From the NCBI GenBank assembly GCA_964514545.1, contig CAZETR010000011.1:102413-166412 (forward strand): a stretch of 64,000 nt of DNA, given 5' to 3'. The stretch comes from an uncultured Gammaproteobacteria bacterium. Its GTDB lineage: Bacteria > Patescibacteriota > Microgenomatia > CAZETR01. The notes under the pieces were generated by a model that was not told the DNA's origin, did not search any database, and saw nothing but the letters and a program-made list of their open reading frames with translations. A program made the position numbers and the translations under genes. Shown here one piece after another: positions 27,460-36,014 of the stretch (positions are counted from its first letter, which is position 1; the number at the start of each line of letters is the position of its first letter).

Positions 27460-28597
27460 GCCAGTACCAAGAAACAATGCCAGATCCATGGTCCACGGCG
27501 ACATAATTCATTGTAGAACCCTTACAGGAGATACTTCCACGATAGAGAGTCCCCGGTTTCGGGGTACGAATGGTCGGGTCGTCGGAGACCATGTCAATTC
27601 CCGTGTGGGGCCCGCCATTGTACCAGCCCAATTTGGCCCAATATGTCATGCCAAATCCTTGGGTGATTTTGGGGTTCTGGACCGGAAAGTCCCAATCACC
27701 GGAGAGGCTAAAGGTTGAGTCTGGCTGATTGTCCCAGGAGAGTGAAGTCTGTTTTAGGTACTTGGTGGGGTCTTGGGGTTCACCGTCCTTATTTACTTCG
27801 AAGTGGACATGGGGCCCAGAGGAACAACCCGGGGAACCGCTATTGCCAATTAAGGCAATTGTGTCCCCTGTGTTTATTGCTGTTCCGTTTTGAAGCTTTG
27901 CTATTCTCATTGCAGATCTTATGGATGCCTGTTCTGCCATTGCAGAGGTGAGGAGCGCCTGATATTTTTTTTCGTCGTTTTTGGTTATGGCTAGGAGATG
28001 CTGTTTTTCTTTGATTTGCATGGCTAAAAGTTTTTTCTGGGACTCCATTTTTTCTTTTAGTTTCTCTTCTTGGGTTTTTTGTTCAGAGTAGCTGGCCTGG
28101 GTTTGGACAACTTGAGAGAGAAGCTTTCGGTCATGAAGCTGGGCTGCTTTGACATATTTGAACTTGAGAACGAAGTTGCTGAGGCTGTTTGAGGAAATTA
28201 ATACGGTCAGGGGCTCATAATAGCTTTGTTTGTAGGTTTGAGCCACTCTGTTCTCCAGAATTTTGGAGAGTTGGTCAAGCGATACTTCGAGTCGGTCAAT
28301 TTTTCCCGACAATGCCAGAATCTGGTCTTCCGTCTGGGAGATTTTAAGCAGGGTAACCTGAATTTGACTATTCATAAATGTTATCTGGTTCCCCAGAGTT
28401 TTCGCTTGACCTCTGAGTTCGGAAATTTTATCTTCCAAGGCCTTGATTTCAGCATCTTTCTTGCTGAGTTCCTCTGAGCTTTGCGAGAGGGTTGGAGAAA
28501 CGAGGTTGACCAGGAGAGCGACGGAGATTAAAACAGCCAGAATGAAGCGGGGTCTAAATATCTTAGCCAGTGAAGAGCAGCTGCCTGGTTTTTTCAT
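27449..28597 (-). CDS. coiled-coil M23 (LytM-type) metallopeptidase, EnvC-like partner of FtsEX, with permuted catalytic motifs
   Basis: An N-terminal TM/signal and about 200 aa of coiled coil precede the M23 elements GDTIALIGNSGSPGCSSGPHVHFEV, then ITQGFG...GGPHTGIDM...GSTMNYVAVDHGSGIVSWYWHV. Last gene of the ftsE-ftsX operon. Confidence 0.8.
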   Translation of the reverse strand: MKKPGSCSSLAKIFRPRFILAVLISVALLVNLVSPTLSQSSEELSKKDAEIKALEDKISELRGQAKTLGNQITFMNSQIQVTLLKISQTEDQILALSGKIDRLEVSLDQLSKILENRVAQTYKQSYYEPLTVLISSNSLSNFVLKFKYVKAAQLHDRKLLSQVVQTQASYSEQKTQEEKLKEKMESQKKLLAMQIKEKQHLLAITKNDEKKYQALLTSAMAEQASIRSAMRIAKLQNGTAINTGDTIALIGNSGSPGCSSGPHVHFEVNKDGEPQDPTKYLKQTSLSWDNQPDSTFSLSGDWDFPVQNPKITQGFGMTYWAKLGWYNGGPHTGIDMVSDDPTIRTPKPGTLYRGSISCKGSTMNYVAVDHGSGIVSWYWHVR

Positions 28598-28603
28598 GAA
28601 GAT

Positions 28604-29473
28604 TTACCTGAGGTACCTTTTGACCGCGAGGTGGCTACTTGCGAATCCCAAAATTAGCCCCATTAACAATAGACCCGCGAGAAGGGCAAAGTAGAACCAG
28701 ATCGGAATCGGGAGTAGCGGGAGACCAGCGAGAAACGTAACCAGAAAAGGGGTGGAGTAAAGGAGCGAAACAAGTGAAATTCCCCAGCCAATCAAAGCTC
28801 CGGAAACTCCATAGAAAATGCCTTCAAGTAAGAATGGGGTGATGATATACCACTTGTCGGCACCGATTAAGTTGAGCGTTTCTACCTCTTCCTTTTTTGA
28901 AGATATTTTCATTCCGATAACTATGAGGATTGTGAGTAGAGCAAGAAGAGAGAAAGAGCCCACAAGGGCGATGCCCACAATGCGAACTGCCCTAGTCCAT
29001 TTGGAAACTGCAGAGATGATATCTTCTTGGAAAAGGACTTCATCGACCAGAGGTTCCTTTCTGATTACATCGGCTAGCTGTTTAAGGGAGGGGGCGTCTT
29101 TGGCGGATATTTCCAGAGAAGCCGGAAGGATATTGGCGGTTACCATTTCTAACAGTTGCGGATCGTTTTTATTTTGCTCACGATATATGTTTAGAGCCTC
29201 TTCCTTGGAAACAAATTTAACCTCGGTCGCGAGGCCAGAAGAATTTAACTTATCCCGAGTTTTGGCAATTTGGCCTGCTGACGCATCATCTTTAAAAAAT
29301 GCAATTACCTGGGGGCGAGTTTCAAAGTAACTTAGAACTACCGTCGAACCCAGAGCTACCATTGTAAAAGTGGCTGCAAGGAAAAAGGTCATACTGGAAA
29401 TACTTATAGCAGCGAATGCCTGATAAGGAGAACGAACTATGTGTCGTAGGGTCGTACGAAAATGATTTCTCAT
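28604..29473 (-). CDS. ftsX: cell division permease FtsX
   Basis: 4-TM FtsX topology with a large periplasmic loop and a C-terminal FtsX-like TM bundle. Its start abuts the ftsE stop. Confidence 0.8.
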   Translation of the reverse strand: MRNHFRTTLRHIVRSPYQAFAAISISSMTFFLAATFTMVALGSTVVLSYFETRPQVIAFFKDDASAGQIAKTRDKLNSSGLATEVKFVSKEEALNIYREQNKNDPQLLEMVTANILPASLEISAKDAPSLKQLADVIRKEPLVDEVLFQEDIISAVSKWTRAVRIVGIALVGSFSLLALLTILIVIGMKISSKKEEVETLNLIGADKWYIITPFLLEGIFYGVSGALIGWGISLVSLLYSTPFLVTFLAGLPLLPIPIWFYFALLAGLLLMGLILGFASSHLAVKRYLR

Positions 29474-30162
29474 TAATTAATTTTATGGCGGGGGTATTGG
29501 CCGGACTTTTCGTCTTTAATTATCTTTCCTTTCTTTAGGGAAATCACTCTATGGCCTAGCTCGTCGACTATTGTGGCGTTGTGAGTAGCCATAAGAACAG
29601 TCGTTCCCTTTTCGTTAATTGACTTTAACAGTTTCATTATTTGCATTGAAGTCCCCGGATCCAGGTTGCCAGTTGGCTCATCTGCCAACAACAGATCAGG
29701 TTTGACCACTACCGCTCTGGCAATTACGGTCCGCTGAACTTCGCCTCCGGCAAGCTGGGCTGGGAAGAGGTCCGCTCTGTCTGAGAGCTCAGTAAGCTCT
29801 AGTATTTCCTTGACTTGGTCTCGAATTACTTTCGGTTTGAGACCTTGAATTTCTAGTGCCAGAGAGACATTTTCATACACTGTTCTGTCCAGCAGAAGCT
29901 TGAAATCCTGGAAAACAACCCCTAGCCGTCTTCGGAGCAGGGGAATTTTGTTTAACTTGATCTTGGTAATATCAGTATCGCCGATTTTAATGATTCCTGA
30001 AGTAGGCGTGGTTTGGCGCAAGATCAGTCTGATTATCGTGGTTTTGCCGGCACCAGATGGGCCTGTAAGAAAAACGAATTCCCCTTGTTTTACTTTGAAC
30101 GTGATATCTGAAAGAGCTTCTATGCCGCCGTACTTTTTGGTAACTTCATCAAACTGTATCAT
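29473..30162 (-). CDS. ftsE: cell division ATP-binding protein FtsE
   Basis: Walker A GPSGAGKTT, ABC signature LAGGEVQR, Walker B LLLADEPTGNLD. 229 aa. Confidence 0.9.
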   Translation of the reverse strand: MIQFDEVTKKYGGIEALSDITFKVKQGEFVFLTGPSGAGKTTIIRLILRQTTPTSGIIKIGDTDITKIKLNKIPLLRRRLGVVFQDFKLLLDRTVYENVSLALEIQGLKPKVIRDQVKEILELTELSDRADLFPAQLAGGEVQRTVIARAVVVKPDLLLADEPTGNLDPGTSMQIMKLLKSINEKGTTVLMATHNATIVDELGHRVISLKKGKIIKDEKSGQYPRHKIN

Positions 30163-30261
30163 TTAACTTTGGTCACTTCTGGTTAACTGGAGCAAGAGTA
30201 TTGTACGGGATTTGTTGACGGTTCGAAAGTAGCGGCGGAGAGTGACGAGAAATTAATGGAG

Positions 30262-30747
30262 CTAAATAATCTTGAGCTTGCCGACGTCCATAAACCATGG
30301 AACTGTTTTTGAGTTTAATGTTTGGCCGCAGACTTCAACGTTTTTACCTAAATAATTGTCTAACGTCACTACCGAGGAGACTATGTAAAGCGTTTGGCTT
30401 GGGCCACCTTCGCGAATGAGATGATGTGTACCGTCAGTTTTTTTGCCATTACCTTCGTTGACTTCCAGGGTACCTTTGGCGCAAGTGTCGAATGTTTTTT
30501 CATCGTTGAGGCCCACCTCTTTTTTATCGGGGGAATTTATTTGGGTCACTCCACCCTGGGAGACTACTCCCCGTGAACGCGAAATGAGAAATGCAGTCGC
30601 AATACCTCCTATGATTACCACGAAAAAGAGGATAAGTCTAAAATAGACAACTTTTTTGTTGTTCTGGGGCAGCTTGGCAAAATTTGTTTCCTGCCCGGGA
30701 GCTGTGGTTGATTCTGCTTCTGGTGTAATTTGTGGAGCCGGTGGCAT
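30262..30747 (-). CDS. hypothetical membrane-anchored protein
   Basis: 161 aa with one TM helix after a Pro-rich N-terminus and a small extracytoplasmic domain with 2 Cys. No family recognised. Confidence 0.4.
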   Translation of the reverse strand: MPPAPQITPEAESTTAPGQETNFAKLPQNNKKVVYFRLILFFVVIIGGIATAFLISRSRGVVSQGGVTQINSPDKKEVGLNDEKTFDTCAKGTLEVNEGNGKKTDGTHHLIREGGPSQTLYIVSSVVTLDNYLGKNVEVCGQTLNSKTVPWFMDVGKLKII

Positions 30748-30803
30748 AGTTTGGTATCACTATATCACATGTTTCTAGCCCTGATTCAATGGGCATTCGG
30801 GTC

Positions 30804-31907
30804 CTAGGCAAGATGCCTTAGTTCAGCATTGATAAATTCCTCAAGGTCGCCATCAAGAACTGCCTCGGGATTCGTAGTCTCGTAGCCTGTACGCAGATCT
30901 TTCACGAGTTTATATGGATGTAGGACATAGGAACGGATTTGGGTTCCCCAGGAAGCCATCGTTCGGCCACCTTTCAGCTCCAGTTTCTCCTTGTTGCGCC
31001 TGGATTCCTCTAATTCCCAAAGTTTTGCTTTAAGGATTTGAAAAGCTATCTTGCGGTTCTGCTCTTGGAATCTCTGGGTCTGGCATGAAACGATGATCCC
31101 GGTGGGTTTATGTTTGAGCCTGACAGCTGTTGAAACCTTGTTGACATTTTGACCGCCATGACCCGTAGCGCGATAGGCCTCAAATTCAATGTCGTCATCT
31201 TTTATTTCAATTTCGTTATCTTCGTCAAGAAGGGGTAGTACTTCAACCAAGGCAAATGATGTCTGGCGAAGGTTGTCTGCATTGAACGGTGACTGTCTAA
31301 CGAGCCTGTGGGATCCTGCCTCAAACTTGAGATTCCCATAGGCGTATAGGCCACTGATTGTGAAGGTAATGCTCTTAATTCCTGCCTCCTCGCCTGCGAT
31401 TTGATCCGTAACCTCTGCCTTGAAATCCCCTTTTTCAGCGAATCTTAAATACATCCTTGCTAGCATCTGGGCCCAATCCATAGCTTCCGTTCCCCCTTGC
31501 CCAGCATGTATTGTCAGAATTGCGTCTTTACTGTCGTATTTTTCAAAGAGGTAGGTGGCCAATTCTAGCTTTTCAATTGAGCTTTTTATTTGTCTGGTTT
31601 TTGCTTCTAACTCTCTTTTTTCACTTTCGGTTTCGTGAGTTGCACCTTGAGAGGCTATAAATTCGATGATTTCTTGGAGGTCACGAATTTCGTGTTCTAG
31701 TTTTTCCAGATTATTGAGCTGTTTTTGAAAATCGCCAATTTGGCGCATTATTTTTTGGGCTTTTTGTGAATCATTCCAAAAATCAAGATCCGAACTTTGA
31801 AGCTCGAGATCAGATAATTTAACCTTTAATTGGGGTGGGTCTAGCTTCTCTTTGACGCTGGCTAACTTTTCTTTTAGTTTTTGAAGTTCTTGACTTAGAT
31901 CGTCCAT
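30804..31907 (-). CDS. prfB: peptide chain release factor 2
   Basis: SPF tripeptide ([14 protein letters not shown]) and GGQ motif ([16 protein letters not shown]). A single uninterrupted ORF. Confidence 0.9.
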   Translation of the reverse strand: MDDLSQELQKLKEKLASVKEKLDPPQLKVKLSDLELQSSDLDFWNDSQKAQKIMRQIGDFQKQLNNLEKLEHEIRDLQEIIEFIASQGATHETESEKRELEAKTRQIKSSIEKLELATYLFEKYDSKDAILTIHAGQGGTEAMDWAQMLARMYLRFAEKGDFKAEVTDQIAGEEAGIKSITFTISGLYAYGNLKFEAGSHRLVRQSPFNADNLRQTSFALVEVLPLLDEDNEIEIKDDDIEFEAYRATGHGGQNVNKVSTAVRLKHKPTGIIVSCQTQRFQEQNRKIAFQILKAKLWELEESRRNKEKLELKGGRTMASWGTQIRSYVLHPYKLVKDLRTGYETTNPEAVLDGDLEEFINAELRHLA

Positions 31908-31930
31908 GTGGTTATTTTACCTTAATTGTC

Positions 31931-32746
31931 TTAGCTTCCGGGATTTCGAATTGGTGAAGTGAGTCGCAGGGCTTCTTTCACAAGTGTGACAAATTCCGAC
32001 GGAATAGCCCTACAGCCAAAATAACCCTGACCCCAGTATGGCCTCTCTTGGTTAAGCTGGGTAAGATACTCGACCACAGCTTTTTTCCCTTGAAACAAGA
32101 CTGGGATCGGAGTGTAAGTTGTTGGGCTACCGGAAACAAGAAGGCAGTTGAAGCTTTCCAAGTCAGCTAGGGCCGCAAGATAGGTCATGGAGTCGGGAGA
32201 ATTCCAAACCACTATCGTATTTTTTCCAATATTGTTTTCAGCTTTACTTTTCTTCCAGAGACGCAAGCAGTAATTTTTAAATACATCCCAGTCCACGCCG
32301 GTTGCAAACTTTTTTTTGTATCCCGATTCCCAAATTTGGTAAATTAAATTTTGGTGTTTGGGAAATTTGCGCATTGTTTTCCTAAGAAATTGAGAGTCGA
32401 TCGAGGCTATAATTTTCTGCCGCAGTGTTGGTTTTTTTCCCAAAAGTTTCAACAATTGAAGCAAAGAAGCGGGCTTTTTGCTTAAAAGGCCATGGTGATC
32501 GATAATTTTTACTTTTCCAGGAAAATCTCCCATCGGGCGACACTCGATAAAGACAAAGACAGAGAAGGTCTTGGCTGGTGTGGGTAGACTGTTGAATTTT
32601 ACCTTTATGTCCCCCCAATTTGTTTGTGGCTGAAAGAGAAAAAGAGAGTCGGTGTAAAGAACCTTTTTAATTTCTTCCATTTCATTATCCGTTCCACCGA
32701 GAATAAAGAAAGGCTCTTCAGGCCTGAGTGCTTTCATAACTTCCAC
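31931..32746 (-). CDS. hypothetical protein
   Basis: 271 aa, soluble and Lys-rich. No family recognised. Confidence 0.45.
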   Translation of the reverse strand: MEVMKALRPEEPFFILGGTDNEMEEIKKVLYTDSLFLFQPQTNWGDIKVKFNSLPTPAKTFSVFVFIECRPMGDFPGKVKIIDHHGLLSKKPASLLQLLKLLGKKPTLRQKIIASIDSQFLRKTMRKFPKHQNLIYQIWESGYKKKFATGVDWDVFKNYCLRLWKKSKAENNIGKNTIVVWNSPDSMTYLAALADLESFNCLLVSGSPTTYTPIPVLFQGKKAVVEYLTQLNQERPYWGQGYFGCRAIPSEFVTLVKEALRLTSPIRNPGS

Positions 32747-32898
32747 AGATTTTACCGTAAATGGCAGCTCTCTGGTGTTTTTTCATTGAATGCCACGTTG
32801 ACGTGGTACTTGGCAAAGTACGGGGAGAAGATACCCCGACCACAAAGACATGCCTAAGTTCATCTGGAATGGTAAGCAAATGATACAATCTATCAAGC

Positions 32899-34455
32899 AT
32901 GAGTGGATTATCACCAATTATAGAAGAGTTGACTTCAACGCTTAAAAAAAGACGTGTTTCAGCTAGCGAACAGGCTCTTAGAGTAACTCATATCGGAAGC
33001 AGCGTTGGGGGTTTCTATGAAAAACTACGCAATGTTATTGATTATAAAGATGAACACTTACTCAGAAGAAATGCAATCGAGAGAATACTGAAACGAAGAC
33101 TGCTGTTTAAAAACGGTGAACCAAACGGAGAAGGTTTGGTGAAGGAATTAACGTGGGCGGGGTATCTGAAGAATGAAACAGTCGGCCATTCGATTGTGGA
33201 AAAAATAGATCGGGCGGTTGAGAAACACGGGAAACTTCTGGGTCTATCTATCTCTGGTGTGAATGGTAATTCTCTTCGGGGGTGGTTGCTCGGAGTATTG
33301 TCGGCTGAAGTTGACGAGATCTTAGTGCCTCAGGTTATAGAAGAGGCTTTAAATCGAGCGATGTTTAGGTTGATGGCTGAGAAGTTGAAGCTGAGGGATA
33401 CAGTGAACAATGAAGATCGGGATGTGCAGATCTTCTTGGGAGTAAGAAAAGCGCTGTTTAGAGAAGATTTGGCAACTGTGAGATACCATCTTCTCTTGAC
33501 TTATGTGCCGGAGTGGGGAGAAGCGTATGGAGAGACACAAGAGAAGCTAATTCAAAGTTTCCCAACTTTATATCCAAAACTTGAGGGACAAATTAAAAAT
33601 CCACTTAACTCCCGTTTAGCTAAATTTTTCCAACCTTTAACACCTCCGTTTTTAATCATTAAAGATGTTATCGAGAGGTCCGAAAATTTTGAGACTTTGA
33701 TCTCTGACCATGATGAATTTTCTTACCAGATAGAAAAAGCTTGTGAGCGAAGATACCACTTTGCAAGAGTAAAATTATCTAGAAGTATTTTAAGAAGTAC
33801 TATTTATATCTTTTTGACGAAAATGACACTGGCGTACCTCTTGGAAATGCCAGCAGACTTGTATTTATACGGAAAGATTAAACTCCTGCCGCTGGGCATT
33901 AACATAGCATTCCCCCCAATACTTATGTTTATGGTTGGATCCTCAATAAAGATCCCCGGAAGGGAGAATACGGAGAGGATACGGAAAATGGTGTCTGATA
34001 TTGTCTACCAGGCAGAGACCCCGGCTCTGTTTCCGGAAAAATTTGAGGTTCCCAATTTCGCTTTTGGCAGAATCTTTGGAGGTCTTTATTTCGTTGGTTT
34101 TATTGTTTCTTTTGGTTTGATCATTTATCTTCTCCAGCTATTGCGCTTTGGATTTCCGTCAATCGTATTGTTTTTGTTCTTTTTGTCGGTAGTCTCGTTT
34201 TTTGCCTACAGGATCAGACTCACTGCAAGAGAGTACATGGTGCTGGGGCAAAAAGAGGGAATCATTTCGTCACTGATTGACTTTTTTACATTACCTTTTT
34301 TGCAAATGGGACACTGGCTGTCGAGCGAGTTTTCTAAAATTAATATTTTTATGTTTGTACTGGATTTTATTATAGAGGCGCCGTTTAAGGCGTTTATTGA
34401 GGTGGCTGAGGATTGGATACGGTTCTTAAAACAAAAGAAAGAGGAGATTATTTAA
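32899..34455 (+). CDS. hypothetical protein: ~300-aa soluble N-terminal domain plus a C-terminal multi-TM domain
   Basis: 518 aa, with about 6 hydrophobic helices in the last 200 aa. Its last 48 nt are duplicated downstream (see the repeat feature). Confidence 0.5.
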   Translation: MSGLSPIIEELTSTLKKRRVSASEQALRVTHIGSSVGGFYEKLRNVIDYKDEHLLRRNAIERILKRRLLFKNGEPNGEGLVKELTWAGYLKNETVGHSIVEKIDRAVEKHGKLLGLSISGVNGNSLRGWLLGVLSAEVDEILVPQVIEEALNRAMFRLMAEKLKLRDTVNNEDRDVQIFLGVRKALFREDLATVRYHLLLTYVPEWGEAYGETQEKLIQSFPTLYPKLEGQIKNPLNSRLAKFFQPLTPPFLIIKDVIERSENFETLISDHDEFSYQIEKACERRYHFARVKLSRSILRSTIYIFLTKMTLAYLLEMPADLYLYGKIKLLPLGINIAFPPILMFMVGSSIKIPGRENTERIRKMVSDIVYQAETPALFPEKFEVPNFAFGRIFGGLYFVGFIVSFGLIIYLLQLLRFGFPSIVLFLFFLSVVSFFAYRIRLTAREYMVLGQKEGIISSLIDFFTLPFLQMGHWLSSEFSKINIFMFVLDFIIEAPFKAFIEVAEDWIRFLKQKKEEII

Positions 34456-34621
34456 CTGCGCCTATATGTCTTACTTCGCTTTGGTCTTCGAGGTGTCTGG
34501 AGATTGGATACGGTTCTTATCAGGTGGACCAACCTGATATCTCTTACCGCGCTTGGTCGCTCAATGTGTTTCGCGAGTCGCGGGGGGCGAGAGAAAACAA
34601 AAGAAAGAGGAGATTATTTAA
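34409..34621 (+). repeat. local duplication of the 3' end of the 32899..34455 gene; the second copy is split by a GC-rich palindromic insert of about 74 nt
   Basis: GAGGATTGGATACGGTTCTTAAAACAAAAGAAAGAGGAGATTATTTAA (gene end) reappears as GGAGATTGGATACGGTTCTTA (~34499-34519) and AAAACAAAAGAAAGAGGAGATTATTTAA (~34594-34621). Between them lies TCAGGTGGACCAACCTGA...CGCGAGTCGCGGGGGG. Confidence 0.6.
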
Positions 34622-35075
34622 GCTCTCTTAAAACCTCTTGGCACAGTGAGAGCTTAAGCTCCCGAGCTTTTTGGGGTGCAAAAAGAGAAAGAAATTCGCT
34701 TAAAGTAGCCGGGGTTGATGGGCAAACAGTTGAGTTTCCTAATACTTGACTTTTTCCACCTGGAAGTATGGTTACTGGTGATGGTTTGGCCTGAAATAAA
34801 CTAGTTATTCGATCAAGGCCGATGAATTTATAGACCAATAAGCCTTCTACCAAGAGTGTCAAGACAACCCCGATTAAGACCCCAATCCCGGCACCTGTCA
34901 TTGAGGTATGAAAAAGGTGCTTCCGGTATGACGCGAAGGCAAATACCATGGCAATTGCGCCGATGGCCAAAACGCCCCAAACGACAGGAGTATTGAGACT
35001 TTGAAGCAACAACGAGTAGTCAATATATTTTAGATTCTGAAGAGGCTCGAGCAGATTGTTAATTTGGAAGGGCAT
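34614..35075 (-). CDS. hypothetical small membrane protein (about 3 TM helices)
   Basis: 153-aa ORF, hydrophobic. Its 3' end overlaps the repeat region and the start is uncertain. Confidence 0.35.
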   Translation of the reverse strand: MPFQINNLLEPLQNLKYIDYSLLLQSLNTPVVWGVLAIGAIAMVFAFASYRKHLFHTSMTGAGIGVLIGVVLTLLVEGLLVYKFIGLDRITSLFQAKPSPVTILPGGKSQVLGNSTVCPSTPATLSEFLSLFAPQKARELKLSLCQEVLRELK

Positions 35076-35162
35076 ATCTAGCTACTGGAAAGTAGCATTT
35101 GGAAAAATTATACAGTATCGAGATGGCGCCAAGGGTACCAGTTGACTGCCGTGCGATGAAAT

Positions 35163-36014
35163 TTAAAACCACTTTATAAAACTTCCTACGTAGCTTATTT
35201 CCTCTCCGCCAAAGCTTCTTTTAAAATGGGAAAACCCTTGCCATGCCTGGTTTGGCCAACGATGGTCATAAATTCCCTCGAAATCAAAAATTCTACATCC
35301 ACGGCCTTTCGCGATCTTAAGTGCTTCTAAGACAAGAAGATATGGTGCGTTGGAGTCCTTGCCTGTCGGGAGGTTTGAGGAATAATAATAATAGGCTGTT
35401 TGCTTTGCTGTAAGAACCACAAGCCCAGACATGGTTTGAGTATTTTTACTTGCAGTAAGACAAAAACAGTCAGTTGAAAAGGACTCTATTAGCCTTTGAA
35501 AATCAGTTTTTTTAGGTATCCAAAGTCGCTTGATTCGCGATGACTTTTGCCATAATGAATAATATAGATCAAAGTCGTTTTTCTCAATTTTCAGGCCAGA
35601 ATTTTGAGCTATGCGGAGACAATACCTGGCGTCTTTTTTAAAACGGCTGGAAATTATGTCTAGCGAAGGAGTCAGGTCAAGTTTGATGGTTTTTGTAGCT
35701 AATAACGGCCAGCTATCCTGGTGGAATCTGTTTTTTTTAAGAGCTGGGACTAGCCTAGGCTGATTTGTGTGGGACGAGAGAACATCGGGTTCGTATTTAC
35801 AAAACCAAACCCAATTATTTTTTAATATTTTTGTAAGTCTAATCCAGGGTAGAGGAAATCCGGCTCGTTGAACTTTGGCAATGGAACCGAACGGCCCTAG
35901 TTTTCTGATATAGATGAAAAGGCTACCTTTATTGGTGTTGTCAATTGAGATTACCTTCCAGCCAATTTTGTCCATGAAAGAAGCATATCTGGGCGACTGA
36001 CGCAAATCTTTCAC
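35163..36014 (-). CDS. FemAB/FemX-family peptidoglycan branch aminoacyl-tRNA transferase (short form)
   Basis: LRQSPRYASFMDKIGWKV N-terminus and C-terminal FDFEGI...WQGFSHFKRSFGG are FemX/MurM-like. Confidence 0.65.
   Translation of the reverse strand: MKDLRQSPRYASFMDKIGWKVISIDNTNKGSLFIYIRKLGPFGSIAKVQRAGFPLPWIRLTKILKNNWVWFCKYEPDVLSSHTNQPRLVPALKKNRFHQDSWPLLATKTIKLDLTPSLDIISSRFKKDARYCLRIAQNSGLKIEKNDFDLYYSLWQKSSRIKRLWIPKKTDFQRLIESFSTDCFCLTASKNTQTMSGLVVLTAKQTAYYYYSSNLPTGKDSNAPYLLVLEALKIAKGRGCRIFDFEGIYDHRWPNQAWQGFSHFKRSFGGEEISYVGSFIKWF

Noticed and set aside
30190-30260. GGTTCGAAAG element that superficially resembles a tRNA T-loop
   Set aside because: I could build no acceptor/T-stem complementarity or cloverleaf. 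I recognised no tRNA or rRNA anywhere in the window.
30804-31907. prfB is a single ORF without the programmed +1 frameshift found in many bacteria
   Set aside because: Many lineages encode RF2 in one frame, so this is not unusual. It only shows that UGA is a stop codon here (an SPF-type RF2 is present).
34413-34749. Two overlapping small plus-strand ORFs (34413..34631, 34504..34749) across the duplicated-end region
   Set aside because: They are produced by reading through the repeat copies. Copy 2 terminates after ...GDWIRFLSGGPT*, with no coding signal.
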